From an uncultured Desulfarculus sp. (lineage in GTDB: Bacteria > Desulfobacterota > Desulfarculia > Desulfarculales > Desulfarculaceae): a DNA stretch of 64,000 nt. A program made the position numbers and the translations under genes. Below, piece by piece: positions 34,108 to 42,695 of the stretch; position 1 is the stretch's first letter, and each line of letters opens with the position of its first letter. The notes under the pieces are model-generated. The model saw only the letters and a program-made list of their open reading frames with translations, did no database searches and was not told the origin of the DNA. Location: positions 192,001 through 256,000 of the forward strand of contig CAXXUK010000001.1 in assembly GCA_963665125.2 (NCBI GenBank), in the 5' to 3' direction.

Positions 34108-36507
34108 ATGGAAAACTATGAGAAGCTGGGCGCCTTTTATCTGGGCAAGAGCTATGACCTGGGCAAAGCCAAGCTGAAGGACGATCTGGTCCTTTATGAC
34201 TCCAAGGACCTCACCACCCACGGGGTGATCATCGGCATGACCGGCTCGGGCAAGACCGGCCTGGGCATCAGCCTGCTGGAAGAGGCGTTGATCGATAACA
34301 TCCCTGTGATCGCCATCGACCCCAAGGGCGACTTGCCCAACCTGCTTCTCAACTTTCCCGATCTGGCTCCCGGCGACTTCGAACCCTGGGTTAACGTCTC
34401 CGACGCCGCCAACCAGGGCCAAAGCCCTGCCCAGTTCGCCGCGGCCCAGGCCTCGCTTTGGAAAAAGGGGCTCGCTTCCTGGGGCCAGGGGCCGGAACGC
34501 ATCGCGAGGCTGAGAGATGCCTGCGACATGGCGGTCTACACACCGGGCTCCAACGCGGGGTTGCCGGTGAGCCTTTTACGCAATTTCGACCCGCCAACCC
34601 AGGACGAACAAGCTGATGCCGATCTCTGGCGGGAGAAAGTGACGGCCACGGCTTCGGGCATCCTCTCCCTGGTTGGCATTGATGCCGATCCCCTCACCAG
34701 CAAGGAACACATCCTGGTGGCCAACATCCTGGAGACGGTGTGGAAAGAGGGCAGGCCCCTGGACCTGGCCGGGTTGATCCGCAATATCGCCGAGCCGCCC
34801 TTCACCAGGGTGGGTGTCATGGAACTGGACATCTTTTATCCCCAGAAAGAGCGTTTTGCTCTGTCCATGCGTATCAACAGCCTGCTGGCCTCGCCGGGAT
34901 TCGAGGCCTGGTTCCAGGGCGAACCCCTGGATATCGCCCGCATGCTCCGCACAGCTGCGGGCAAGCCACGGGCTTCCATTTTCTGCATCAGTCACCTTGG
35001 CGACGCCCAGCGCATGTTTTTTGTTTCCATGCTGCTCAACCGGCTCATCTCCTGGATGCGGGGCCAGTCCGGCACCACCAGCCTGCGGGCCCTGCTTTAC
35101 TTTGACGAGATCATGGGTTACCTGCCCCCCAACGGCAACCCGCCCTCAAAGACTCCACTGCTGACCCTGTTGAAACAGGGCCGCGCCTTTGGCCTGGGCT
35201 GCGTGCTTTCCACCCAGAATCCGGTGGATCTGGATTACAAGGCCCTCAGCAACGCGGGCACATGGTGGCTGGGCCGTTTGCAGACCCAGCGGGACAAGGA
35301 GAGGGTCCTGGCCGGCTTGGAAGGGGCCGCTGCCGGAGGCAAGGCGGAGTTTGATAAACAGGCCATGGAAGAGACGCTGGCCGGACTGGGCAAGAGGACC
35401 TTCCTTTTGCATAACGTGCATGAATCCCGGCCGGAGGTCTTTCAGGTGCGTTGGGCCTTGTCATATCTACGCGGGCCCATGACCCGTGAGCAGATCAAGA
35501 TGATCATGGCAGCCAAGAAGGAGGCCGCGCCTGTTCCGGCAATGGCCCAAGGCGGCAAGGCGGGCGGCGCGCCTCCGCCGGGCCCCCTGGGCGTGGATGA
35601 CTATTATCTTCCAGCCTCCGGGGCGGGCTCCGGGCTCACCTATTTCCCGCACCTTCTCGGCGTGGTCGAGGCCCATTACCAAAGCGCCCGACATGGCGTG
35701 AGACGCACCGAAACATGCGTTTTAGCCTATTGCCTGGAAGAGGGATTCAGCGATCCCGACTGGGATGACGCCGTGGAACTGAAGATCGACACCGGCCTAT
35801 TGCGGGACAAGCCCCTTGCCGGAGCCTCCTTCGCCGACTTGCCGGATGGTGTGAGCGCCAAGAAATTCAAGGTTTGGCAAAATGATCTGAAGCGCTATGT
35901 CGGCCAAAACCGGCAGGTGGTGCTCTATTCGGCCCCAGGGTACAAGCTAACCGGCACGGCGGGCGAGAGCGAAGCCGAGTTCCGGATGCGCCTGGGCCAG
36001 GCCATGCGCGAAAAGCGCGATATGCTGGTTACCAAACTGCGGCTGCGTTACGAGTCCAAGATCAACACCCTGGAGCGCCGCCTTTTGACCGCCCAGCAGG
36101 CCGTGGCCCGGGAGGAGGACCAGGCCTCGGCCAGCAAGATTGATATGTACGTCTCCGCCGGGGCTACGTTGTTGGGGGCGCTTTTCGGGCGCAAGACAAT
36201 GAGCGCCGGCAACATCGGCAGAGCCGGCACCACCCTGCGCCGCTCCAACAAGGTCTTCAAGGAAAAGGCCGATGTGGAGCGGGCTAAGGAGAGGCTTGCC
36301 CAGGTGCAGGCCGAGATGGCCGAGCTGGAGGGGGCGTTCAATCAGGATGTGGCCGACTTGGAGGCCCGGTTGGACCCCGCTCTGGAAGATCTTAAGGAGA
36401 TTTCAATCCAGGCCAAGGAAAAGGATATGAAAGTGGACCTGCTCTGCCTGGCTTGGCTGCCTTACCTTGAGGACGCCGAGGGCCATCTGCTCCCTGATTG
36501 GGAATAG
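34108..36507 (+). CDS. HerA/FtsK-like P-loop ATPase (DUF87/DUF853-like) with C-terminal coiled coil
   Basis: LTTHGVIIGMTGSGKTG, IDPKGD, LLYFDE, STQNPVDLDYK, GRLQTQRD; coiled coil near the C-terminus. Confidence 0.82.
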   Translation: MENYEKLGAFYLGKSYDLGKAKLKDDLVLYDSKDLTTHGVIIGMTGSGKTGLGISLLEEALIDNIPVIAIDPKGDLPNLLLNFPDLAPGDFEPWVNVSDAANQGQSPAQFAAAQASLWKKGLASWGQGPERIARLRDACDMAVYTPGSNAGLPVSLLRNFDPPTQDEQADADLWREKVTATASGILSLVGIDADPLTSKEHILVANILETVWKEGRPLDLAGLIRNIAEPPFTRVGVMELDIFYPQKERFALSMRINSLLASPGFEAWFQGEPLDIARMLRTAAGKPRASIFCISHLGDAQRMFFVSMLLNRLISWMRGQSGTTSLRALLYFDEIMGYLPPNGNPPSKTPLLTLLKQGRAFGLGCVLSTQNPVDLDYKALSNAGTWWLGRLQTQRDKERVLAGLEGAAAGGKAEFDKQAMEETLAGLGKRTFLLHNVHESRPEVFQVRWALSYLRGPMTREQIKMIMAAKKEAAPVPAMAQGGKAGGAPPPGPLGVDDYYLPASGAGSGLTYFPHLLGVVEAHYQSARHGVRRTETCVLAYCLEEGFSDPDWDDAVELKIDTGLLRDKPLAGASFADLPDGVSAKKFKVWQNDLKRYVGQNRQVVLYSAPGYKLTGTAGESEAEFRMRLGQAMREKRDMLVTKLRLRYESKINTLERRLLTAQQAVAREEDQASASKIDMYVSAGATLLGALFGRKTMSAGNIGRAGTTLRRSNKVFKEKADVERAKERLAQVQAEMAELEGAFNQDVADLEARLDPALEDLKEISIQAKEKDMKVDLLCLAWLPYLEDAEGHLLPDWE

Positions 36508-36629
36508 CGCCGGACCCGCGAATTCGGCGGCCTAAGGTGGTGGGACGGCTAAAGAGGCGGGTGACATGCCGTGGGTGGTCCGCCGGTTACGGCGCCGCCT
36601 CACTGCTACTGGAACGGAAAACCCTTTTT

Positions 36630-37586
36630 TTACTGGGCCAAGGACTGAATGGCTGGGTCGGTTATGCGGCCGAGGATGTAGGCCCGCGCTTGAAAGAAAA
36701 GCGGAAGACCGGAGCCGTCGTCAAGATCACGCGAGACGATATCGCGGTCCACAAGCTCTTCCATGAGCACCTTGCAAACGGATTCCACCAGCGATGCCCG
36801 GCGTTCGTAATCAAGAGTCGTTGATAAAGCCATAAGACGGGCATCAAGGCGGGCCGCGATTTCGCGAGACCGGAAAACGTGGTGGAGCCACTTCCAGTAT
36901 GGGGCGTAGTCGCGGTCCATGACTATGGCCAGCGCCATCACCGCATTTAGGAAACTCCCTATGGCCATCTCCGCGGCGACAGGGTCTTTGCGCTTGGCCA
37001 ATCGCCAGCAGAAGTTGTATTCGCCGTAGTGCGCCACCTCAAAGCAGAGCAGGGTCATGCGAAGAAGCCAGATGTCGTCGGGATAGGTGCGCAGCCTTGC
37101 CTGAATGTCGGCCAGGATGCCCGCCGGGTCATGAAACACCACGCCGTGGCGGGCGTAGTGGAGATGCGATTCCAGATTCGGTAATTCGTGGCCGCAGCAG
37201 ACCCAGTCGGTTGGCGCATCTGGAAGTCGGCGACTGGGGAATGTCTTGCCGAAGTATTCAGATGCGTTGTGCACTTGGATGGAAGGCGCGAACTGGAAAC
37301 GGTTTTTAAAGCCATCCCACTGGCCAGGTGCGGCGGCTCTCATTTCGGATTGGAGAGATTCGTTGGATACGCCGTCTTCATCAACGCGGAACACGTCGAA
37401 ACGCGGACCCCAACCGTGGTCGCGGGAGAGGGCGTCATCGGCACCGAGCACGTCCGAACCGCTGAAGAGGCCGACGCCGATGCGGCCCAGCAGATCTGGA
37501 TACCGGGACGCAAGCCAAGGACGGCCCCATTTCATCCAGTAGTCTTTTGCAATATCCAGTCCCTGCCCAGGCGTGGACTCATTCAT
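36630..37586 (-). CDS. DUF4037 domain protein (nucleotidyltransferase-like)
   Basis: GSDVLGADDALSRDHGWGPRF, VFHDPAG, YPDDIW, YN...R.D, YAPYWKWL. Confidence 0.75.
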   Translation of the reverse strand: MNESTPGQGLDIAKDYWMKWGRPWLASRYPDLLGRIGVGLFSGSDVLGADDALSRDHGWGPRFDVFRVDEDGVSNESLQSEMRAAAPGQWDGFKNRFQFAPSIQVHNASEYFGKTFPSRRLPDAPTDWVCCGHELPNLESHLHYARHGVVFHDPAGILADIQARLRTYPDDIWLLRMTLLCFEVAHYGEYNFCWRLAKRKDPVAAEMAIGSFLNAVMALAIVMDRDYAPYWKWLHHVFRSREIAARLDARLMALSTTLDYERRASLVESVCKVLMEELVDRDIVSRDLDDGSGLPLFFQARAYILGRITDPAIQSLAQ

Positions 37587-37837
37587 TGGTCACTCCCCTG
37601 AAGTGGTTCGGAATCAACATGCTTACTTTCAGCCGGTATCGGTATCCGACTTTGGCTTACAGTTTTTGTGCTTAACCGGGTAAACGTGCAACTGCTCCAT
37701 GGAAAACCAAGCACGAGCAGGCGCAGACACCGCATGAGAAAGGCTGTGCCAATGTTTGGCCCGATGGGTCGCCGGCCCCGTCCATATGGCCGCTTAATCA
37801 ACTGTCCTTTGATTATAGGTTGGAATCACCTTTTGTC

Positions 37838-37853
37838 AGGCCCGATTTTTGCT
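37838..37853 (+). promoter_or_regulatory. Sigma54 (-24/-12) promoter
   Basis: AGGCCCGATTTTTGCT has exact GG-N10-GC spacing, 33 nt before GTG 37887. GCCAA-N3-TTGGC palindrome at 37748-37760 is a candidate UAS. Confidence 0.65.
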
Positions 37854-37886
37854 TAAAATAACCGGCGAACCAAAACGGGAGCAACC

Positions 37887-38306
37887 GTGCCGCGCCTTAT
37901 TGTCATCACCCTTTGCCTTTTGCTGGCCTCCGCCTGGGCTTGGGCCCAGTACCGGGACGCCCAACTGGAGGATCCTTTTTCCTTCACCGGAGACGTCATC
38001 TCGGTGGGCGTACCCGGCCAAGGTTTGGTCCTGGCCCTGGCCGACCGCAATGTGGCGGTGCACGGCCTGGGCCCGCTGTGGTATTGGGACTCCCACCAGT
38101 GGCCCTCACCGGCGGTGGGCCAGGCGGTCATCGCCACCGGCCGCCGGGTGCGCTACCAGGACCGCATATTCTACGTGGCCGACAGCCTTTCCTTTGGCGG
38201 CAACACCCTGAACCTGCGCCGCGATGCAGACGGCCTGCCCGTGTGGCACGGCCGGGGCCTGTATCTGCCCTTCAAGGAGGCACAGCCCCGGGAGTCGAGA
38301 CCATGA
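37887..38306 (+). CDS. Exported hypothetical protein, beta-rich (OB-fold-like)
   Basis: Signal peptide (AWA-Q), GGGAG RBS, GLGPLWYW...P.VGQ.V...LRRDADGLPVW; ATGA-coupled to its paralog. Confidence 0.75.
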   Translation: MPRLIVITLCLLLASAWAWAQYRDAQLEDPFSFTGDVISVGVPGQGLVLALADRNVAVHGLGPLWYWDSHQWPSPAVGQAVIATGRRVRYQDRIFYVADSLSFGGNTLNLRRDADGLPVWHGRGLYLPFKEAQPRESRP

Positions 38307-38890
38307 AACGTTGGCTTGCCGTCATGGCCGTGGTTCTTGGCCTGGTTTTGCTGGCCGCGCCCTGTCCCTGCATCGCCAGTGGCGGCGGCGGAGGAGGCGG
38401 CGGCGGCGGTGGTGGTGGCGGCGGTGCCGGAGGAGGTGCTGGTGCTGGCGGGGGCGGTGGAAGCGCTGGTGCTGGTGGTGGCGGCGGTGCCGGGGGAGGG
38501 GCCGGTGCCGGTGGCGGCTCTGGCGGCGGCGGCGGGGCCGGTTCAAGAGCCAACCCCCTGCCTGTGCACAATGTCTGCGCGGGCCGGCCCTTCAGCCTGC
38601 AAGGTACGGTTTTGGATGTCATAGGGCCCCGCGAGGGCCAAGGCTTCTTGCTCTGGTCCGGCGAAAAGGTGGTGAAGGTCTACGGAATTGGCCCGGCCTG
38701 GTTCTGGCAGACCCAGCAATCCCCACCCCCGGCCGTGGGTCAGTGGGTCACCGTGGATGGCTTCACGGTGGATTACAACGGGGTGGAGCGCAACATGGCC
38801 TCCAGGCTCTACCTGCCCGGCGGCGTGGTGATATTACGCGCGGCCGACGGCTGCCTGCCCTTGTGGCGGCAAGGCGGTCCGGGCCGCTGA
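38303..38890 (+). CDS. Exported hypothetical protein: signal peptide + Gly/Ala tract + domain paralogous to 37887-38306
   Basis: MKRWLAVMAVVLGLVLLAA signal; GIGPAWFW...P.VGQ.V...LRAADGCLPLW. Confidence 0.75.
   Translation: MKRWLAVMAVVLGLVLLAAPCPCIASGGGGGGGGGGGGGGGAGGGAGAGGGGGSAGAGGGGGAGGGAGAGGGSGGGGGAGSRANPLPVHNVCAGRPFSLQGTVLDVIGPREGQGFLLWSGEKVVKVYGIGPAWFWQTQQSPPPAVGQWVTVDGFTVDYNGVERNMASRLYLPGGVVILRAADGCLPLWRQGGPGR
38378..38545 (+). repeat. Low-complexity Gly/Ala/Ser coding tract (56 codons)
   Basis: GGC/GGT/GGA/GGG codons mixed; recurring GAGGG units. Confidence 0.9.
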
Positions 38891-38909
38891 CTGCCGCTTG
38901 CCGGTGTGG

Positions 38910-40241
38910 TTATTTGAGCTTGCGGTACAAGGTGGCCAGGTTGATGTCCAAATCGGCGGCGGCCTTTTCCTTGTCTCCGCCATTGGCGGCGATGGCCCGT
39001 TTCACGCAGGCCCGCTCAAAATCGGCCACAGCATCCTTGAGCGAGCGCGGTCGATCCCCGGCGGAGGTCAGGGACCCGCGCAGCTTGGCGGGCAGGTCGG
39101 CCAGATGAAGCCGTTGCCCCTCGGCCAGCACCAGGGCGCTTTCCACCACGTTTTCCAGCTCCCGGACATTGCCTGGCCAGTCGTAGGCCTGTAAGGCGGC
39201 CATGGCGTCCTGGACCATGCCCTCCAGCCGCTTGCCCAGGCGGACGCCGGCCTGGTCCAGGAAGCGTTGGGCCAATAGGGCCACGTCTTCCGGGCGTTGG
39301 CGCAAGGGGGGCATGGCTATCTCGAACACGTTGAGGCGGTAGTACAGGTCTTCGCGAAAGCGGCCCGCGGCCACCTCCTTGGCCAGGTCGCGGTTGGTGG
39401 CCGCGACCAGGCGCACGTCCACCTCCACCTCCCGCCCCGCGCCCAAGGGGGTAATGGTGCGCTCCTGCACGGCGTGCAACAGCTTGACCTGTAGGCCCAG
39501 GGGCAACTCGCCAACCTCGTCCAAAAAGAGGGTGCCGCCCATGGCCTGGCGAAAGAGGCCGTCCTTGTCCCGGGTCGCGCCGGTAAACGCGCCCTTTTTA
39601 TAACCGAACAGCTCTGATTCCAGAAGGTTCTCGGGGATTGCCCCGCAGTTGACCTTGACCAGGGGGGCCTTGGTCCGGGGCGAGGCCTGGTGGATCAGGC
39701 GGGCGGCCAGGCTCTTGCCCGTGCCCGATTCGCCGGTGAGCAGCACCGTGGTGTCAAAAGGGGCGATCTTTTCCATGAGCCGCAGAACCTGGCCCATGGC
39801 CGGACTGGCCGCCACCATGGCCTTGTCCGCGTCCAGGGATTGCAGCCTTTGGCGCAGTTCGCGGTTTTCGGCCCGCAACAACCCCAACTCCAACAGACGG
39901 CGCACCGTGGCCAGAAGCTCCTCCCGCTCAACCGGCTTGGCAACGTAGTCCGCCGCACCCCAGCGGAGCGACTCCACGGCGCTGTCCAGGCTGGTGTTGG
40001 CCGTGACCATGACCACCGGTGTGCCCGGGACTATCTCCGCCGCCTGTTTGAGCACCTCCAAACCGCTGATGTCCGGCAGGCCGATATCCACCAGGGCCAG
40101 GTCCAGCCCGCCCTTGGCCAGGGCTTGCAAGGCCTGGCCTCCGTCCATTGCCTTGACCAGTTCGTGGCCCTCGCCGGCCAAAAGCGCCTCCAAGACAACC
40201 AGGGAGCCGGGGTCGTCGTCAACAAGCAGCAGCCGGGCCAT
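38910..40241 (-). CDS. NtrC/ZraR-family sigma54-dependent response regulator
   Basis: [51 protein letters not shown]. Confidence 0.95.
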   Translation of the reverse strand: MARLLLVDDDPGSLVVLEALLAGEGHELVKAMDGGQALQALAKGGLDLALVDIGLPDISGLEVLKQAAEIVPGTPVVMVTANTSLDSAVESLRWGAADYVAKPVEREELLATVRRLLELGLLRAENRELRQRLQSLDADKAMVAASPAMGQVLRLMEKIAPFDTTVLLTGESGTGKSLAARLIHQASPRTKAPLVKVNCGAIPENLLESELFGYKKGAFTGATRDKDGLFRQAMGGTLFLDEVGELPLGLQVKLLHAVQERTITPLGAGREVEVDVRLVAATNRDLAKEVAAGRFREDLYYRLNVFEIAMPPLRQRPEDVALLAQRFLDQAGVRLGKRLEGMVQDAMAALQAYDWPGNVRELENVVESALVLAEGQRLHLADLPAKLRGSLTSAGDRPRSLKDAVADFERACVKRAIAANGGDKEKAAADLDINLATLYRKLK

Positions 40242-40243
40242 GG

Positions 40244-42031
40244 CTAATCCTCCGCCGGGTTTCGGGGCAGACGCAGGGTGAACTCGGTGCCGTCCTGGGC
40301 CGAGGAAGCGGCGGTGATGGCCCCGCCGTGGCCCTCCACGAACAGGCGGGCGATGGTGGTGCCCAGACCGGAGCCGCCTTGCCTCTCCTTGGTGGTGTTG
40401 AATTTCTCGAAAATGGTGGCCAGACGCCGGGGCTCAATGGGTTCGCCCTGGTTGTGCACCGTGGCCTGGAGCCAACCCGGAGCGGGCTCGGCCAGCCGCA
40501 CCGTGACCACGCCGGGATGGTGCTCCCAGGCATTTTGCATCAGATTGGCCAGGGCACGGGCCATCTTTTCGGGGTCGTGGCGGATCACCGTGTCCAGCCC
40601 CGGCTCGGCCTCCAGGCGCCAGGCCGGGGCCTCGGGTACCGCCCACAGCGCGGGCCGCGCCCGCACAGCCGCCGAGGCCTGTTCGGCGGCCCTGGCGATG
40701 GTGGCGGCCAGGTCGTGCTCCACCAGGTTCAGGTGAAGCCTGCCTGCCTCGTAAAGATTGACTTCGCGGGTCAGGTCCAGGAGCCTGTTCATGTTGCGCG
40801 CACTGTCGTTGATCAGCCCCAGATAGCGCTGGCGCTCCTCCGACGCGGGTTTTTGGCGCAAAAGTTCGCCGGACAGGGCCTGGATGGGATTCAGATGGTT
40901 TTTGAGTTCGTGGCGCATGAACGATTCCCATTCGGACCGCAGCCGGACCAGCTCTTTTTCATGGCTTATGTCGCGGAACGTCTCCACCGCGCCCACTATT
41001 TCTCCCGCATTATTGCGAACCACTTTAGCATATTTGCGAATGGGGATGGTATGGCCCCCCGGCAGGCCCAGGCGGGCCTCCACACCGTCTTCGGACATGG
41101 GGGCCGGGTTGGGGCCGAACAGGGGGCACTCCATGCCGCACACGTCTAAGTGCATTATTTCCGAACACTTACGGCCGATCATTTCGTCTACGTCCAGGCC
41201 CATGAGCTCACTGAAGCGGCGGTTGGCAAACATCAGGCGGCCCTGGGGGTCCACCGCGAAGAGACAGTCGCTCTGGGTGTCCATGATAACACGGAGTTTT
41301 TGCCGCTGTTGGTCAGTGACGGCCAGGGAGTTGGTCAGGGAGTCGGCCATTTTGTTGAAAGCCGCTCCCAGGCGACCCAATTCGTCATCGCCGACCACGG
41401 CGGCCCTGGTCTCCAATTCGCCCCGGGCCAGGGCGGTGGATGCGCGTTCCAGGCGCTCCAGGGGCCGCACCACCAGCCAGTGCAGCGCGCCGTAAAGGGC
41501 GCTGATCAACAGGGCCCAACTGCCCAGGCCCAGCCACCAAAAGCTCCGCTGCATCACCTCCAACTGACGGGCCAGATCCTGGAGCCAAAGCAGCCCCACC
41601 AGAGTGCCCACCCTGTGGCCGCCCCGCAGCACCGGCTGCACCGCGGCGAAAAGGGGCTCGGGCCCGAGCCTCACCAGGGTTATCTCTGGTTTGTCCAAAT
41701 ATGACGATAGGTTGTCCACCAGCTTCTGGTCCGCTGCGTTGGGCAGCAAAGGTTGGTCAGTCTGGTCAAAGGGCAGCATGGCCCGCAGGCGGGGGCGCAA
41801 ATGGGTATGGTAATCGCTGATGCGTTTGAGCTGCTGGGGGGGCAGCCAGCGGCCTTCGAGCACCATCTCTTGCGAGGCGTGAAAGAGCACCTCACGGGCC
41901 TGGGCCGCGGCCTCGCCAAGCAGTTCGTCCCTGGCCCGCTGGTGAAACCAAACCCCGGCCAGGGCCACGAATCCCCCGACTACCAGCAACACCACCAGGA
42001 ACACTTTCAGCTTAATGGAGCCTCCGGGCAT
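40244..42031 (-). CDS. Membrane sensor histidine kinase (2 TM, HAMP, PAS, HisKA, HATPase)
   Basis: PLERL...DELGRLGAAFNKM, RHELKNHLNPI, NLMQNA, GSGLG. ATG 42031 has a GGAGG RBS. Confidence 0.92.
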   Translation of the reverse strand: MPGGSIKLKVFLVVLLVVGGFVALAGVWFHQRARDELLGEAAAQAREVLFHASQEMVLEGRWLPPQQLKRISDYHTHLRPRLRAMLPFDQTDQPLLPNAADQKLVDNLSSYLDKPEITLVRLGPEPLFAAVQPVLRGGHRVGTLVGLLWLQDLARQLEVMQRSFWWLGLGSWALLISALYGALHWLVVRPLERLERASTALARGELETRAAVVGDDELGRLGAAFNKMADSLTNSLAVTDQQRQKLRVIMDTQSDCLFAVDPQGRLMFANRRFSELMGLDVDEMIGRKCSEIMHLDVCGMECPLFGPNPAPMSEDGVEARLGLPGGHTIPIRKYAKVVRNNAGEIVGAVETFRDISHEKELVRLRSEWESFMRHELKNHLNPIQALSGELLRQKPASEERQRYLGLINDSARNMNRLLDLTREVNLYEAGRLHLNLVEHDLAATIARAAEQASAAVRARPALWAVPEAPAWRLEAEPGLDTVIRHDPEKMARALANLMQNAWEHHPGVVTVRLAEPAPGWLQATVHNQGEPIEPRRLATIFEKFNTTKERQGGSGLGTTIARLFVEGHGGAITAASSAQDGTEFTLRLPRNPAED

Positions 42032-42118
42032 CCAGGTCCCTCCCCATGCACGGCTTGGTCTAACTTTGGAGCATACTCCCCCGCTCCGGTGAATGCACCC
42101 CATAAGCCACCCGCGGTC

Positions 42119-42135
42119 TTGGCATACGCGTTGCA
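42119..42135 (+). promoter_or_regulatory. Sigma54 (-24/-12) promoter
   Basis: TTGGCATACGCGTTGCA is close to consensus with exact GG-N10-GC spacing; upstream of GGAGG RBS and ATG 42189. Confidence 0.85.
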
Positions 42136-42188
42136 ATTTCTGTCCGGCGACAGGAAACAGACCCAAACTTTAACCGGAGGTTAAACCC

Positions 42189-42611
42189 ATGAAAAAGATG
42201 ACCACTCTCGCGACCCTGGCCTTGGTCCTCACCCTGGCCTTGGCTCTTCCCTTCAGCGCCGATGCCCGTTTCAGGGACACCTCGGCCGGGCCGGGCCCCA
42301 ACGCCACCCTCGGCGAAACCCTGGGCACCGGCCCTGGCTTTGTTGATGAAGACGGCGACGGGGTGTGCGACTGGGCCCAGAATCAAGAGGCCTGGAATCA
42401 GGCCACCGGCGGCCAGTACGGCGAGTTCGTGGATGCCGATGGCGACGGCGTCTGTGACAACTACGCCGATCGTCCCCAGGACGGCACCGGCCTGGGCTAC
42501 CGCGGCAGCCAGCAAGGCGAGTTCGTGGATGCCGACGGCGACGGCGTCTGCGACAACTACGCCGATCGCCCCCTGGACGGCACCGGCCTGGGCTACCGCG
42601 GCGGCCGCTAG
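42189..42611 (+). CDS. Exported protein with three FVDxDGDGVCD repeats (putative Ca2+/metal-binding)
   Basis: MKKMTTLATLALVLTLALALPFSADA signal peptide; DxDxDG loops each followed by VCD. Confidence 0.8.
   Translation: MKKMTTLATLALVLTLALALPFSADARFRDTSAGPGPNATLGETLGTGPGFVDEDGDGVCDWAQNQEAWNQATGGQYGEFVDADGDGVCDNYADRPQDGTGLGYRGSQQGEFVDADGDGVCDNYADRPLDGTGLGYRGGR
42420..42602 (+). repeat. Two-copy direct repeat, 96-nt (32-aa) period, inside the CDS
   Basis: 42420-42506 versus 42516-42602; differences are mostly synonymous. Confidence 0.9.
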
Positions 42612-42695
42612 GCAACTGTCCCCTTCAACGGCCGGCCGTGGGGATAAACCGCCCCACGGCCGTCTGCAACCACCAGCCCCTGGAGAAGAAACACC

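Noticed and set aside
37913..38302. N-terminal 130 aa of the 325-aa ORF 37913-38890
   Set aside because: Overlaps the real gene 37887-38306 in another frame; the signal peptide and ATGA coupling place the start at 38303.
38224..39108. Arg/Trp/Cys-rich and poly-Pro ORFs over the Gly tract
   Set aside because: Alternative-frame readings of GGN repeats.
42032..42166. 45-aa N-terminal extension of the histidine kinase
   Set aside because: Runs through the divergent sigma54 promoter; ATG 42031 has a GGAGG RBS.
42420..42602. Direct repeat as a CRISPR array
   Set aside because: Only two 87-nt units, in frame within a CDS, with no unique spacers and no cas genes.
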